A stretch of DNA of 64,000 nt from a virus. Made by a program: the position numbers and the translations under genes. Of the stretch, positions 28,532 through 38,533 are shown one piece after another; position 1 is the first letter of the stretch, and each line of letters starts with the position of its first letter. Below the pieces are notes generated by a model that saw only the letters and a list, made by a program, of their open reading frames with translations, ran no database searches and was not told the DNA's origin. Location: IMG/VR virus record IMGVR_UViG_2899018882_000006, positions 341 to 64,340 of that record; one strand, written 5' to 3'.

Positions 28532-30077
28532 TGCTGCCTCCGGTGTTGGAATCGCCTTCCTGGACCCACTGAGACTGGCCTTGCGACGTGACCTTGCGCG
28601 GGTCACTGTCGAGCACGACCTTACTCTTCGTCTTATCGACGGCGGTGTTCCATTGATCGATTTCATTAAGGACTTGCTGCGGGTCACGACCGGTAGCAGC
28701 GATGACATCCTGCATGGAGCGCTTGCCCATACGGACCTCAGCGAGATCGGCGCGGGCATCGTCAAGGCGAGTGATGCTTGTTACTTCAGGCGGAACCCAC
28801 TCGACCTCTTCATTCCATGTTTTGGGGATCGCCCCGTCCAGAATTGCGGCTTGGATAAACCAATCCCACACCTTCTGAAGCACCATCGGGATGATGTAAT
28901 GCCACTGAACGATCTCTACAAAATTCTGGTACGCCAGCAGGCCAAGCTTACCAGAAGCGAAATTGGCCTGACTGAAATCGCCGGTCATGATTTCGTACGG
29001 GATACGAGCACCAGCTGCGATGCTTCGTTGACGTGTACGGATATAAGCTTCAACGCCTGCCGAGATGGCCGGGCTGTTGAACTTGATGTCCTTGCCGCCA
29101 CGTAGCACGCCGAACATTCCCGGCTCCATTCTCTCAAATGGGAAGCCATAGATGTCCGTGACGCCGACAGGGTCCGCCTTATCCGCTGTCTCGTCGAGGC
29201 CGATATTCGGATCGCTTTCGTCGACATCCTCGTCGCCGGGGATCACCATGCCGACCATGCAGGACTCGACCTTCTTGCGGATGTTCTCTGCAAGCTCGTA
29301 ATCCTTCAGGTCGCGGATCTCATTCATCACCGAGTGCAGCCAAGGCACACCGTGCACCTGATTGTTCTGCGGCTCATACAGGTGAGCGATCTCGTTTTCT
29401 GGAATGAACTTGCTCACCACACTGTCGAGCCCGCCGGTCAAATATGACAGGCCCGATTTCGGGTGATCGTTGAACATCCAGTAGCCGCGGCGATTGCCGA
29501 CAGCATCGAACTCGACGCCCTGAATAATCCGGTTGCCGGGGTTGCCCGGCGGGACGCCCTGTTTGGTCCAGTCGCAATACTCAGATTCCAGGATCTGGAG
29601 CTGAAGAGGGACGGGGAACCCATCTCCACGACTGCGGACACGACGGCGAACATAGACCTCACCGTCCTGAACCATCATCCGGGCAAGCAGATAAACACCG
29701 CCGTCGAAGTCAAGGCCAGTGCCGGAGAAGCAAACCTTCTTCCACTTATTAAACAGCGACATCACCTTCTCGTCTTTGACGCGAGGGGTAATGCCGAAGC
29801 CAACGAAGTAGTCGGCGTGCTTTCCTACGATCGTTGTCGCGAGCGGATTATTGCGGACAAGCTCTCGCGATCGATCCCGGAGAGTCTGACCTGCTTTTCG
29901 GATTTCAGCATCCGCCGTGCCCGATACAACGTTGATGCCTTTAGCAAGGCGTCCGGTTGACGCCCCCTCGTATGAACGAGCGCCATCCAGGATCTCCATA
30001 CGTCGTCTGTGAGCAGCGCGCGCCGCTCCAGCCCTCGGGCTAAAATACCCGATGGCCTTATCCAGAAGGTTCGCCAT
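28515..30077 (-). CDS. Portal protein, lambda family
   Basis: LRDRSRELVRNNP, GVEFDAVGNRRGYW, TGDFSQANFAS. Confidence 0.95.
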   Translation of the reverse strand: MANLLDKAIGYFSPRAGAARAAHRRRMEILDGARSYEGASTGRLAKGINVVSGTADAEIRKAGQTLRDRSRELVRNNPLATTIVGKHADYFVGFGITPRVKDEKVMSLFNKWKKVCFSGTGLDFDGGVYLLARMMVQDGEVYVRRRVRSRGDGFPVPLQLQILESEYCDWTKQGVPPGNPGNRIIQGVEFDAVGNRRGYWMFNDHPKSGLSYLTGGLDSVVSKFIPENEIAHLYEPQNNQVHGVPWLHSVMNEIRDLKDYELAENIRKKVESCMVGMVIPGDEDVDESDPNIGLDETADKADPVGVTDIYGFPFERMEPGMFGVLRGGKDIKFNSPAISAGVEAYIRTRQRSIAAGARIPYEIMTGDFSQANFASGKLGLLAYQNFVEIVQWHYIIPMVLQKVWDWFIQAAILDGAIPKTWNEEVEWVPPEVTSITRLDDARADLAEVRMGKRSMQDVIAATGRDPQQVLNEIDQWNTAVDKTKSKVVLDSDPRKVTSQGQSQWVQEGDSNTGGSNAKSP

Positions 30078-30319
30078 TAGTACCCCCTGCTGAACGTTGT
30101 CAGGATCGTGTGCTTCCTGCGCCGCTGCGGGGTTGCTTCGGCTTCGAGCTCATCGATGATGGCCTTCATGTCCGCACGACTGCGGTAGGAAACGTCACGT
30201 TCCCGGAACTTCACACGGGTGGCGCCGAGGTAATACGCTTCCTTTAGATCCCGGAGAAAAGCGAGCTTCTCTTCCGGCGTAAACGACAGGGCGTCGTTTT
30301 CAGGTTCTTCGGCCATCAC
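30077..30319 (-). CDS. Head-tail joining protein (gpW-like)
   Basis: GATRVKFRERDVSYRS; between terminase and portal. Confidence 0.8.
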   Translation of the reverse strand: MMAEEPENDALSFTPEEKLAFLRDLKEAYYLGATRVKFRERDVSYRSRADMKAIIDELEAEATPQRRRKHTILTTFSRGY

Positions 30320-32385
30320 CAGATGCTCCCTCTGCTACCCCAAACGCTCGATGGCCGCGCAGGCCGGTTAGGGGCTGGACGGGTCGGTGTTTCTGGCGGC
30401 TCGGTAGGTTGAACTTCACGAACGACACGCCTCGAAGGGTTCACGTCGTCTCGCAGTTTGGACAGGTTCAGGATCATTGCGCAGGCGCCCTGCATGGATT
30501 CACAGTCGAGGAAGTGGTTTTCCTTCGACCGTTGAACCCACTTCACCTTGCCGCCGGGAGCGCGCATGCGGCTCTCGGAAACGATCTGGCGGGCATAGTC
30601 CTCGCTGATGTCCTCGGGCAGATACCACGCCCCTGGCGCATCATCGGCCCAACGGATCTTCTGCTGCACCCACGACTTGAAATAGTCGGTGTCCAGCCGG
30701 AGCAGATCCAAACCTTTTTTGATTTCCTTACCGCCGATCTGGATGTCGATCTTGTTAGCCAAGAGCGGCTTGCGCATCGGGTTAGACGATCCCTTCGTCG
30801 CCCGCACAAGATGTGGGAATCGACGAGCGAAGGCGTAAACCCGGTGCTCGGGAACAAGGAACTTCTTGCCGGGCCGATAGCCGGAGTCGACCAGAGCGAG
30901 CCTGATAGGCAGACCGTCATAGGTATCCGTTAGCACATTGGCGAACGTGTCCCAGACCTCCTCGCCTTCGGTCATGCCGTACAGCTCTCGGGCTTCGACC
31001 AGCCATGACGTGCCGCCAGCGCCCCACCCACGGATGACGTAGATAAGGCGGTCCAGCTGCACGTCGCAGGTTAGCGTCAGAACCTTGACGGCCCCAGGTA
31101 CTTCCCCCATGACGTAGTCGTCGGTGCATTCCATGACCTCGCTCCACTCGGGAGCTGCGCCACCACCCGGCGAATAAAGCTCGCCGAAGCCTTGGTTCTT
31201 AACCGACTGAACCGCCCGAGGATTACCGGAGCGCACAGCTTCGACATACGCTGCAGCACGTTCTCCCCACGATTTGAATGGAGAACAGAGGCCGGACACC
31301 CAATAGCTAAGCGTCCATGCATCCGGCGGCATTCCGATAACGTTGCCTTCTAAGTCAACAGACTGACCGGGTGCGACGTAGACGCCGCGATCATTCATCC
31401 ACTCTTTCGTGGTGATGTCCGCATTGTCCGGTGCCGGGTCGTTATCAAAGATGAGGCAGCCATTCTTCGGGCACATAAGATGCGCCGTCCGCTGCGCCAA
31501 TGCAGGAGTCGACGGCAGTTCTCGACCAGCCTCAGACATCGGCTTGTCCCACGCAAGGCAGGCAAACCGGGGAATGAAATACTCGCCACAGTGAGGGCAG
31601 GGCCATGCCCAATGGTATCGAGTCCCCGTCAGCCACAAGCGCCAGACCGTGGACTTGATCTCATCCGGGTCAACCTCAGACCAGAACTCAAGGCCGCTTT
31701 CAGGGTCGGTTTCCACTTCGGCCACCCCCTCGCTTGGCGTTGACGTGATGGCGTGAACGAAGGCCGGATAGGTATCACCGCGCGCATCGATCAGGCCGAC
31801 CGGGTCGCCTTGACCGTTGAGGTTACCCGCCAGCTCGTCCACTTCGTCCGTGAGCGCCAGACCAAACGGGTCCGACTTCATCGCCGTGGATGACCCACCA
31901 TGCGCCAGTCTCAGCGGAACACCGTTGATCAGCTTCTTGGTTTTCTTCTGCTTGGACTTGGCCGCGACGACATCCTTGAGGCAGGTGCTGCGCATGAGTT
32001 CATCAATGCGCGGTTCCCACTGGTTGATGATGAAGTCCTTCGACGGGCCGACATACAAGGTCGGAACCGGATGAGTGTCGAGGCGCTCCCCGATCAGATC
32101 GAGAAACGTCTCCGACTTGCCAGACTGAGCAGACACCACCATGACCACGCGCTTGTGCGTCCGGCCGTGAACAGCCATCGCGAAAGGGATCATGTACGGA
32201 GTCTTGTGCGGATTGCGTGGGCCCGGATGACCCGCCGTGTCGGGATATTCGCGGTTGTCTTTCGCCCATTGGACAGGGTCAGTCCTCGGCCTCGGCGTCA
32301 GAAGTTTCCTCACCCGACCGTAGATCCGCGATTTTTTTGGCAAGACGATCTGCCAATCGGAGCCTTCCCTTGTCGATGATGTCAT
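30316..32385 (-). CDS. Terminase large subunit, GpA family (start uncertain)
   Basis: SAQSGKSE Walker A, DEVD, STP, CPHCG, DVQ, DSG, NHFLDC. Confidence 0.95.
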   Translation of the reverse strand: MTSSTREGSDWQIVLPKKSRIYGRVRKLLTPRPRTDPVQWAKDNREYPDTAGHPGPRNPHKTPYMIPFAMAVHGRTHKRVVMVVSAQSGKSETFLDLIGERLDTHPVPTLYVGPSKDFIINQWEPRIDELMRSTCLKDVVAAKSKQKKTKKLINGVPLRLAHGGSSTAMKSDPFGLALTDEVDELAGNLNGQGDPVGLIDARGDTYPAFVHAITSTPSEGVAEVETDPESGLEFWSEVDPDEIKSTVWRLWLTGTRYHWAWPCPHCGEYFIPRFACLAWDKPMSEAGRELPSTPALAQRTAHLMCPKNGCLIFDNDPAPDNADITTKEWMNDRGVYVAPGQSVDLEGNVIGMPPDAWTLSYWVSGLCSPFKSWGERAAAYVEAVRSGNPRAVQSVKNQGFGELYSPGGGAAPEWSEVMECTDDYVMGEVPGAVKVLTLTCDVQLDRLIYVIRGWGAGGTSWLVEARELYGMTEGEEVWDTFANVLTDTYDGLPIRLALVDSGYRPGKKFLVPEHRVYAFARRFPHLVRATKGSSNPMRKPLLANKIDIQIGGKEIKKGLDLLRLDTDYFKSWVQQKIRWADDAPGAWYLPEDISEDYARQIVSESRMRAPGGKVKWVQRSKENHFLDCESMQGACAMILNLSKLRDDVNPSRRVVREVQPTEPPETPTRPAPNRPARPSSVWGSRGSIW

Positions 32386-32848
32386 TCAATCTCTGCCGCT
32401 CTCGCGGCGCTCCCGTGATCTCGGCTGGCAGGCCGTTGAGGTAGGAAAGGAATAGACCAGCCAGCTCGTCCGCTACGGACAAGGCTTCATCGAGCGTGAT
32501 CAGCTCGCGGTCTTTCCTCATGCGGTTCATGCGGAGGTCGAGCGCCTTTTCTTCCCGGACCTTGTCCAGGCTTTCGCTCCCGGTCTTCTTGACCGCGCCC
32601 TCCTTGAGATGATCGGCATATGCCCGGACGGTATCGCCTATGGCGTAGCCAACACCCGTCTTCGACAGCACGCCGTCCGTCGTCATGATGCGAAGGAACC
32701 GGTCGCTCACCCGAAGAATCCGGGACATCTCCTGCTGGTTCACCACCTGATCGGCGATGTACGACTTCGGAGTTGGTGCCACCGCAACCTTCTTCGGCGC
32801 TGCCGCTTTCTTTGCCGCAGGTTTCTTTTTTGCTGCCGTCGCCATCAT
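32279..32848 (-). CDS. Terminase small subunit (Nu1-like)
   Basis: wHTH-like VNQQEMSRILRVSDR followed by coiled coil; precedes TerL. Confidence 0.8.
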   Translation of the reverse strand: MMATAAKKKPAAKKAAAPKKVAVAPTPKSYIADQVVNQQEMSRILRVSDRFLRIMTTDGVLSKTGVGYAIGDTVRAYADHLKEGAVKKTGSESLDKVREEKALDLRMNRMRKDRELITLDEALSVADELAGLFLSYLNGLPAEITGAPRERQRLNDIIDKGRLRLADRLAKKIADLRSGEETSDAEAED

Positions 32849-32993
32849 CTCACCCTTGCAAGTTTCTTATCTCGCCGCCGTGCTCGGCGGTTTCCCTGTT
32901 CCATCCATGGGGCAGGGGCCGTCGGTACATCGGGAGATATGCGTTGCTCGCCAGACACGACGAGCAACATCAATGCGGCGACCGCGATCAGCA

Positions 32994-33680
32994 TTAGAAC
33001 CTCATGAGTTTTTCGATGCGCTTGCCTACGTGCAGCTCAAGCTGCTGCGGGCCGACCACCAAGAACGTGTTCAAGGACTCGTCCTCTGGGATTTCCTTCA
33101 TCAGTGCGGGGCCGAACAGCCGGCGGATCTTGCCGTACTTCACCCCCGAGGAGGCGAACTTGCCGCCTGCGCCTCGTGGCTGATTAGGCTTCCGGCCAAA
33201 GGTCCAAAGCGCTTTCGGTGCGCGACTTGACGTCCCGGCGCTCGGTGGCAGCATCGCGTAGAAATTTCCGTCCGCAACAAACGAGCGTTTGAAGATGCGC
33301 GGATTGTTCCACACTCCAGACCGGACGGTTCCCCGATCCAGTCCCTTGCGGCCAACATTCAATCGGCTGGATGATTTCACCGATCGAAGTCCCCGATACT
33401 TCTCAATGTCCGTGCCGCCCTTCACACCGAAGATGTCGAAGGCGAGAATTGCTTTGCGAGAGACGCCCCTCGTACCGGCCACGACGTAGCCCTGATAGTT
33501 GCCGGGCTTCAGGTTCATCTGTTTGGTGACTGCCTTCTGCACTTTCACTTTGGTGCGACGGCCAGCGTCAACAACGCCACGATGAAGCTCATCTTTGAAG
33601 GTGCCTTTAGCCAGGCGCTCCGACAATCGAGTGAAGCTCTTCAGCGAATTGATGTTTGAAGTGCCGAGCTTTATCTGCAT
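32994..33680 (-). CDS. Basic protein, possibly minor tail protein Z-like
   Basis: Lys/Arg-rich, KIRRLFGPAL motif. Confidence 0.5.
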   Translation of the reverse strand: MQIKLGTSNINSLKSFTRLSERLAKGTFKDELHRGVVDAGRRTKVKVQKAVTKQMNLKPGNYQGYVVAGTRGVSRKAILAFDIFGVKGGTDIEKYRGLRSVKSSSRLNVGRKGLDRGTVRSGVWNNPRIFKRSFVADGNFYAMLPPSAGTSSRAPKALWTFGRKPNQPRGAGGKFASSGVKYGKIRRLFGPALMKEIPEDESLNTFLVVGPQQLELHVGKRIEKLMRF

Positions 33681-33887
33681 TTCAGCCTCCAAACGATAGC
33701 TTTGTTCTAACGATGCCCCGGTGTTTCCGTGGTCGTACGCAAAATTATTTCTATCGGAGCTAGTCACCCCGTAGAATTTTTTTCTCGAAACTGAGTGCCA
33801 AGATCACCCGGACCAAGAGGCCGACCGTCACGGAATCGGAACGGTAGAAACAAAATCTTCAAAACCGCTCGAATACTGCGCTGCGCC

Positions 33888-33925
33888 CGACCCGCGGCGG
33901 CCCGCCCCCCTGCCAGAAGAACCTA
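33888..33925 (-). other. Candidate cos site
   Basis: Minus strand GGTTCTTCTGGCAGGGGGGCGGGCCGCCGCGGGTC resembles lambda cosQ/cosN (GGGCGGCGACCTCGCGGG); upstream of terminase operon. Confidence 0.5.
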
Positions 33926-33974
33926 ACCGGCCATGGGGTCTAACCCATTGATATGCAATGACATTTGATGGCGG

Positions 33975-34110
33975 CTCACGTGGGCGTGCATGAGGCGTGC
34001 ACGTGGGCGCATGGGTAGGCGCGTGGGTGGCGTGCACGTGGGCACGGGCATAGCGCGCCATGAGCGGGCAGGCATGGGCAGGCGCTGGCATGGCGTGGGG
34101 CATGGCAGGT
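33975..34110 (+). repeat. G-rich low-complexity repeat (GGCAT/GGCGT/GGGCA-like units)
   Basis: Directly visible; irregular periodicity. Confidence 0.65.
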
Positions 34111-34627
34111 GCCTTCCGGCTTCGCCTTCGCTTCGCTCTGCTAGTCCTGTTAGCGTATGTGGATTGTGGTTATGTGCACCATGCGCGGCGTCCGGCGTCT
34201 GGGCCGTACCTTATCGCCGCTGGCAATAATGGCTTATGGGCATTTGTTTGACTCGCCGATTTGAGTCCATGCAAGGGGAAAAGTGAAATACGTACCGGCT
34301 TTGAACCATTGCCAGCGCCTCCCGCCTACCGGCCGCATGTGCGGTTTACTGCTTATGGCACGGCCTTCCTGCCGCCATGGCATGGCCGGGCATGTGAATG
34401 CCTGGGCGACGGGTTTTTTAAACTGATAACAAGTAAATTCATAAAAAATTCAATGCATTAGTATCCGTCTGGCGTCATGCCGAATTTTCCGGCGGTCAAA
34501 AATCATTGCAGCTCAAACGGGTTTCAAGCGCTCTAACATATTGTTTTTGCTTTGTTATTGCATCGACGATCCATTGAAAAACCGGCCTGAAAATGGCCTG
34601 TTTTTTGGGAGCTGTGGCGGAAATGTA

Positions 34628-34731
34628 ATTCGTTTCGTATAAATTTGTTTTGTTTGTTTTCAATACGTTAGATACAAAACGTATAATTTATTAAAAATAG
34701 CGCTTGCGTTTAATACGATCTGAATTATTCT
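34628..34731 (+). promoter_or_regulatory. Early rightward promoter with ATACG-N3-CGTAT-like operators
   Basis: TTGCGT(34704)-16 bp-TATTCT(34726); operator-like sites at 34628, 34672, 34713; AT-rich upstream. Confidence 0.55.
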
Positions 34732-34739
34732 ATGTGTAT

Positions 34740-35240
34740 CGAAGCAACGGCAACGGGGCAACGATACGCCAGACCGGCAACGGGCAGGCGGGTTCTTTGA
34801 AAACAAGACAACGGCTTTTGCCCTGTTACTTGCTAGGCGGACGTAAATCGTGACTGACTTGTCAGTGTGGATTAGCGGGGTTGAATAGGTTCTAGGGATC
34901 AACAAAGGCGCGGTTGCGAATCGGTGATTGATGCGTGTGAAGTCTTACAAGCTTTGCCAGTCAATCGGGGCCTGCGAGAAAATCTAACGTGAATGTTAGT
35001 CCGGCCTGACTTAACAATAGGACGCTTGCGAATATGCGCCGCTGGAAACAGGACGGGCGATAAGGCAAAGCACAATAGGCAATATGCGGTTCGGCTGGGA
35101 TAATCCGATATGAAGCTCTGAAAAAGCGCCGCTCTATAAGGCTAGTCCCCGGCAAGCGCCGGATGTTTCGAGATAAACCATTCAAAGAATTTTCAATGTG
35201 AAAAGGCCGGAATTGCTGAAAAAGCTTTCCGGCTTTTTCC
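34740..35240 (+). ncRNA. Candidate structured leader/ncRNA with boxA-like site
   Basis: No credible ORF; TTCTTTGAA(34793) is complementary to TTCAAAGAA(35181); several hairpins. Confidence 0.4.
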
Positions 35241-35293
35241 GTTGCGATGGCTTGGCAGATAAGGCCGGGCTTTTTCAACGGAAAGGCAAGGCA

Positions 35294-35485
35294 ATGGATT
35301 TTGAAACTGCGATTGAAAGCAACGTCTCAATCAATGCGGCAATCGCTGAATTGGCACGGCACGGACACAAGGCAATCGATTTTGACGATTGCGAGCTATT
35401 CGATTGTGTATCCGGCGAAACAATCGCCGTTATCAACGGCGGATGCATTGCAGGCAATGCCGTTCTGGCATGGCTTGGCTACTGA
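35294..35485 (+). CDS. Hypothetical protein
   Basis: RBS, 63 aa. Confidence 0.6.
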   Translation: MDFETAIESNVSINAAIAELARHGHKAIDFDDCELFDCVSGETIAVINGGCIAGNAVLAWLGY

Positions 35486-35579
35486 ATTGCAGCATAAAGG
35501 GCAGGGAAAGCCTGCCTTTTGTGAAGCTATTCGGCTTCGATCCCCGCAATTATGCGACAAATGGAAAAGGAAATTCATC

Positions 35580-36146
35580 ATGGCAAATTTCAAGGTTCTC
35601 AAAGGTAACGCGCTAGGTAAAGCTATCGAAGGCCGTGGCGAAGCCATTGCCACGTTCACGGAAAAAGAGCACCAGCTCGCTTATTCGGCTATCGCTCATC
35701 TGGATGAGCACAACGATGCGAAGTATGTGAACGCGCTTTATGCCGTCACGCCGGTTAACTACCGTGCCGGATTGCGTGCATGGGTAGGCGCTTTTGCAAA
35801 GGCGAAGTTTGAAAAGGAATCGCAGACGTTCGTCTATGCGAAGGGCAAGGAATCGAACCTTGAAAAGGCGCTGGAAATCGCGCCGGCGAACTATGCCAAG
35901 GAATCCAATGCCGGCGCGGGCAAGGCTGCTAAGTCGCTTATGGAACGTGTGGAGTCTGCCGCGAAAAAGGTCATCGAAGATGAAGCTGCAAGCCGTGACG
36001 ACAAGGCTTTCGCTCGCGCCTTGAATAACTTCCTTGCCATGCACAAGCGTGCCCTGACGCAGCCAAAGGCGGAAAAGCCTGCGAAGCCTGCCCCGCGCCT
36101 TATCAAGGCGAAGACAGAAGCAACGGCGGACGCGAAGGCCGCTTAA
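35580..36146 (+). CDS. Hypothetical Ala/Lys-rich early protein
   Basis: AAGGA RBS, terminator follows. Confidence 0.8.
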   Translation: MANFKVLKGNALGKAIEGRGEAIATFTEKEHQLAYSAIAHLDEHNDAKYVNALYAVTPVNYRAGLRAWVGAFAKAKFEKESQTFVYAKGKESNLEKALEIAPANYAKESNAGAGKAAKSLMERVESAAKKVIEDEAASRDDKAFARALNNFLAMHKRALTQPKAEKPAKPAPRLIKAKTEATADAKAA

Positions 36147-36162
36147 TCTGAAAAATCGACAA

Positions 36163-36191
36163 GGCCGGGTCCGAATAGGGCCCGGCTTTTC
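36163..36191 (+). terminator. Intrinsic terminator
   Basis: GCCGGGTCC-GAATA-GGGCCCGGC followed by TTTT. Confidence 0.65.
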
Positions 36192-36275
36192 CGTGAACCC
36201 CTGCAAGGGCGCTTTCGTGCGCCTTTTCACGGCTTCACGCCGATCTCGCAATCATGCGCTCATGGAGAAATTGTC

Positions 36276-36461
36276 ATGCTTTCACGCCCGGAATCCGTCC
36301 GGCGGCAGGCTGATTATGCGCCTTTCCGCCACCCACATTTTGAGACTGCCAAGGCCGCACAACGTGCCGCCTTCCTGCGCGAGCTTGAAGAGTCGGTTCG
36401 GCGGTCTGACGCCATGCGCGCACGCCTTTCAACCGCTCGCGTCTTGGAGTCACTGCAATGA
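36276..36461 (+). CDS. Hypothetical protein
   Basis: Hairpin motif plus GGAG RBS; ATGA overlap downstream. Confidence 0.6.
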   Translation: MLSRPESVRRQADYAPFRHPHFETAKAAQRAAFLRELEESVRRSDAMRARLSTARVLESLQ

Positions 36462-36820
36462 AAACCATTCTCGCCGCACTCGCCTTCCTGCCTGTCTCGC
36501 TCCCGCATGATACGGCGCCTATTCCGCGCCCTGACATGCCTGCGCAATATGTCGTGGTCGCGTTCGACAAGGGCTTCACAAAGGCAACTGTCATCGAAGA
36601 ATTTCGCGACATTGACGACCTCGAAGCATGTGTCGACGTCGCGCAGTCGTCCGGTGAAGGCCAATGGACTTCATGCGTCCCCGTAACAGGCGAGGCGGAA
36701 GCGTATGCGCTCGCCGAACCCACGGACTCCATTGCTTGCCTTCTGGCCGCAATCCAGCCCACTGACGCGAACCTTGAAGCGTGCACGGGCATTCCTGTGG
36801 CGGAGTCGATCAATGAATAG
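36458..36820 (+). CDS. Hypothetical protein with signal-peptide-like N-terminus
   Basis: MKTILAALAFLP; GGAG RBS. Confidence 0.65.
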   Translation: MKTILAALAFLPVSLPHDTAPIPRPDMPAQYVVVAFDKGFTKATVIEEFRDIDDLEACVDVAQSSGEGQWTSCVPVTGEAEAYALAEPTDSIACLLAAIQPTDANLEACTGIPVAESINE

Positions 36821-37010
36821 CGTTTCGACCTGTCATCTCCCACTAGCCGCGCCGGGACTTATCAGCTTCCGGTGCCGCTCGCCTTTCGGCTGGATCATGA
36901 TCGGCGCGCACGACCCTGACGACGCCATGAACCAAGCCCGACGCTCCAGCGATTCCGCGAACCGCGAGACGCTGCAAGTCTGGAATGGCTCCCGCTATGT
37001 GCCGGTGTAA
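36813..37010 (+). CDS. Hypothetical protein
   Basis: GGAG RBS; FGWIMIGAHD. Confidence 0.6.
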   Translation: MNSVSTCHLPLAAPGLISFRCRSPFGWIMIGAHDPDDAMNQARRSSDSANRETLQVWNGSRYVPV

Positions 37011-37014
37011 CGCC

Positions 37015-37206
37015 ATGCCGCGCCATTGGGAAACACACCTATACACCTACGCCGTCGCCTATCAGCAAGGCGACAAGATCAAGCCTGAAAACCTTGCCGG
37101 TATGCGCCGCAAGGCGCTTTTGCACGGCCATACAGAAGGCCAATGCCTGCGAGTCGAGCAAGATCCCGGCCTTTACATTCGCACCGGACGCCTAAGCCCG
37201 GTCTAA
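37015..37206 (+). CDS. Hypothetical protein
   Basis: ORF fills operon gap. Confidence 0.5.
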   Translation: MPRHWETHLYTYAVAYQQGDKIKPENLAGMRRKALLHGHTEGQCLRVEQDPGLYIRTGRLSPV

Positions 37207-37250
37207 CCCGCACCCCGCACCCTGCAACTATGCACGAAAGGAAACGCGCC

Positions 37251-37505
37251 ATGAGCAACCCCGCTCAAGCCGCCCTGACACGCGCCGTCAACCGCGCAAT
37301 CGCCAATGGCTCGCCTGTTGTCGTGAACGTCCCGCCGCGTATTGCGGCTGGATACCGCGCCTTTACCGGCCATGTTTTCACGGCAACGCAAGCGGCGGCT
37401 TACAACGCCGCGCTTGACCGATTCGAGCGGTCGCCGAATGAGGCGAACCAGAATGGCGCGCACAATCTTTTCTATTCCATCGCCTTGACCGGAAAGGAAG
37501 CATGA
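37251..37505 (+). CDS. Hypothetical protein
   Basis: Hairpin motif plus AAGGA RBS. Confidence 0.7.
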   Translation: MSNPAQAALTRAVNRAIANGSPVVVNVPPRIAAGYRAFTGHVFTATQAAAYNAALDRFERSPNEANQNGAHNLFYSIALTGKEA

Positions 37506-37675
37506 CCGTGCGCAAACTGAAAGCTTTTCTGCTCGGAATGAGGGAGTTCCGGCTGTCCATTACATGGGCTGACCCCGCTCGCACCGACGACTGCGACTAT
37601 ACCGGGCTTGACGAATCCTACGACAGAGGCCGGGAATTTGCGCACCGTCTGACCCTGCGCGCCTTCGACGGCTGA
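37502..37675 (+). CDS. Hypothetical protein (57 aa, not in ORF track)
   Basis: AAGGA RBS, ATGA overlap; MTVRKLKAFLLGMREFR... Confidence 0.6.
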   Translation: MTVRKLKAFLLGMREFRLSITWADPARTDDCDYTGLDESYDRGREFAHRLTLRAFDG

Positions 37676-37720
37676 CTACGCCTTTCACCGCCCGCAACCA
37701 TGCACAAAAGGAGAAGCACC

Positions 37721-37894
37721 ATGTTTGCGCCTACTATCACGAATCCGACCGGCAGACACTTCCGCGAATGCGACCTGCCGAAAGAAAAGATCGTCGACTA
37801 CGACACCTTTCAAAAGATCGTCCGCGACGAAATCTATGGCCTTGTGCCACGCAAGACTCGCCAGCGGTTCAACGACCCGAGCATAGCCGCCTAA
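37721..37894 (+). CDS. Hypothetical protein
   Basis: Hairpin motif plus AGGAG RBS. Confidence 0.65.
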   Translation: MFAPTITNPTGRHFRECDLPKEKIVDYDTFQKIVRDEIYGLVPRKTRQRFNDPSIAA

Positions 37895-37935
37895 GCCGAC
37901 ACCCCGCAAACATGCGAAAAGAGGAGATCCGCGCC

Positions 37936-38127
37936 ATGAAAGCGCCCGTTGCATACACATACGTCATATTGAACGAACGTCGCCGCTCGACGGCCCGCTG
38001 GTCGCTGGCAATCCAGTTCCCAAACGGAATCCTTGAGCGCCTTACGACATACAAAAGTCGTTACCGCGCCGTGTCCGCCGCAAAGACTCTCGCCGTCGGC
38101 TCCTGCCGCATAGAGGTGCGCGCGTGA
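37936..38127 (+). CDS. Hypothetical basic protein
   Basis: Hairpin motif plus GAGGAG RBS. Confidence 0.65.
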   Translation: MKAPVAYTYVILNERRRSTARWSLAIQFPNGILERLTTYKSRYRAVSAAKTLAVGSCRIEVRA

Positions 38128-38533
38128 AAGATGCACTCCGCGAACTGGCTGACTTCCTTTGTTACGACGTCATGCCTGCCGTGGTCGTTACGGCCTTCAT
38201 GCTTGTTTTCTGGGCTGTCGCGATAGCGATCCTGCCACAATAGTTTGGCCTCTGCCCCCGAGGCTGACTTCCGATCCCTCAAAACCGGAGGTGTCCCATG
38301 CGCCGGGCTTTTAAAGCCGGCTGACTCAACTCGGCGGGAAATCCGCGTGACCGCCCGCCCTCGTAACCGGCGCGCACCCCCTCGCAATCATGCAACAGAG
38401 AAAATTATGTCTTTTGAGACCGTCTTTATCGCCATCGGCTTGATTTATATCGCCGCTTCGCTCGTCGCCTACCGCCTTTTGTTGCGGAGCAGGTAACGCT
38501 TTCACCCGCAACCATGCATATGAGGAGAACAAC

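Noticed and set aside
34960..35170. Group I intron (AAGGCTAGTCC followed by a hairpin resembles S/P9)
   Set aside because: I could not identify convincing P3/P7 partners or an interrupted gene; kept only as a generic structured-RNA candidate.
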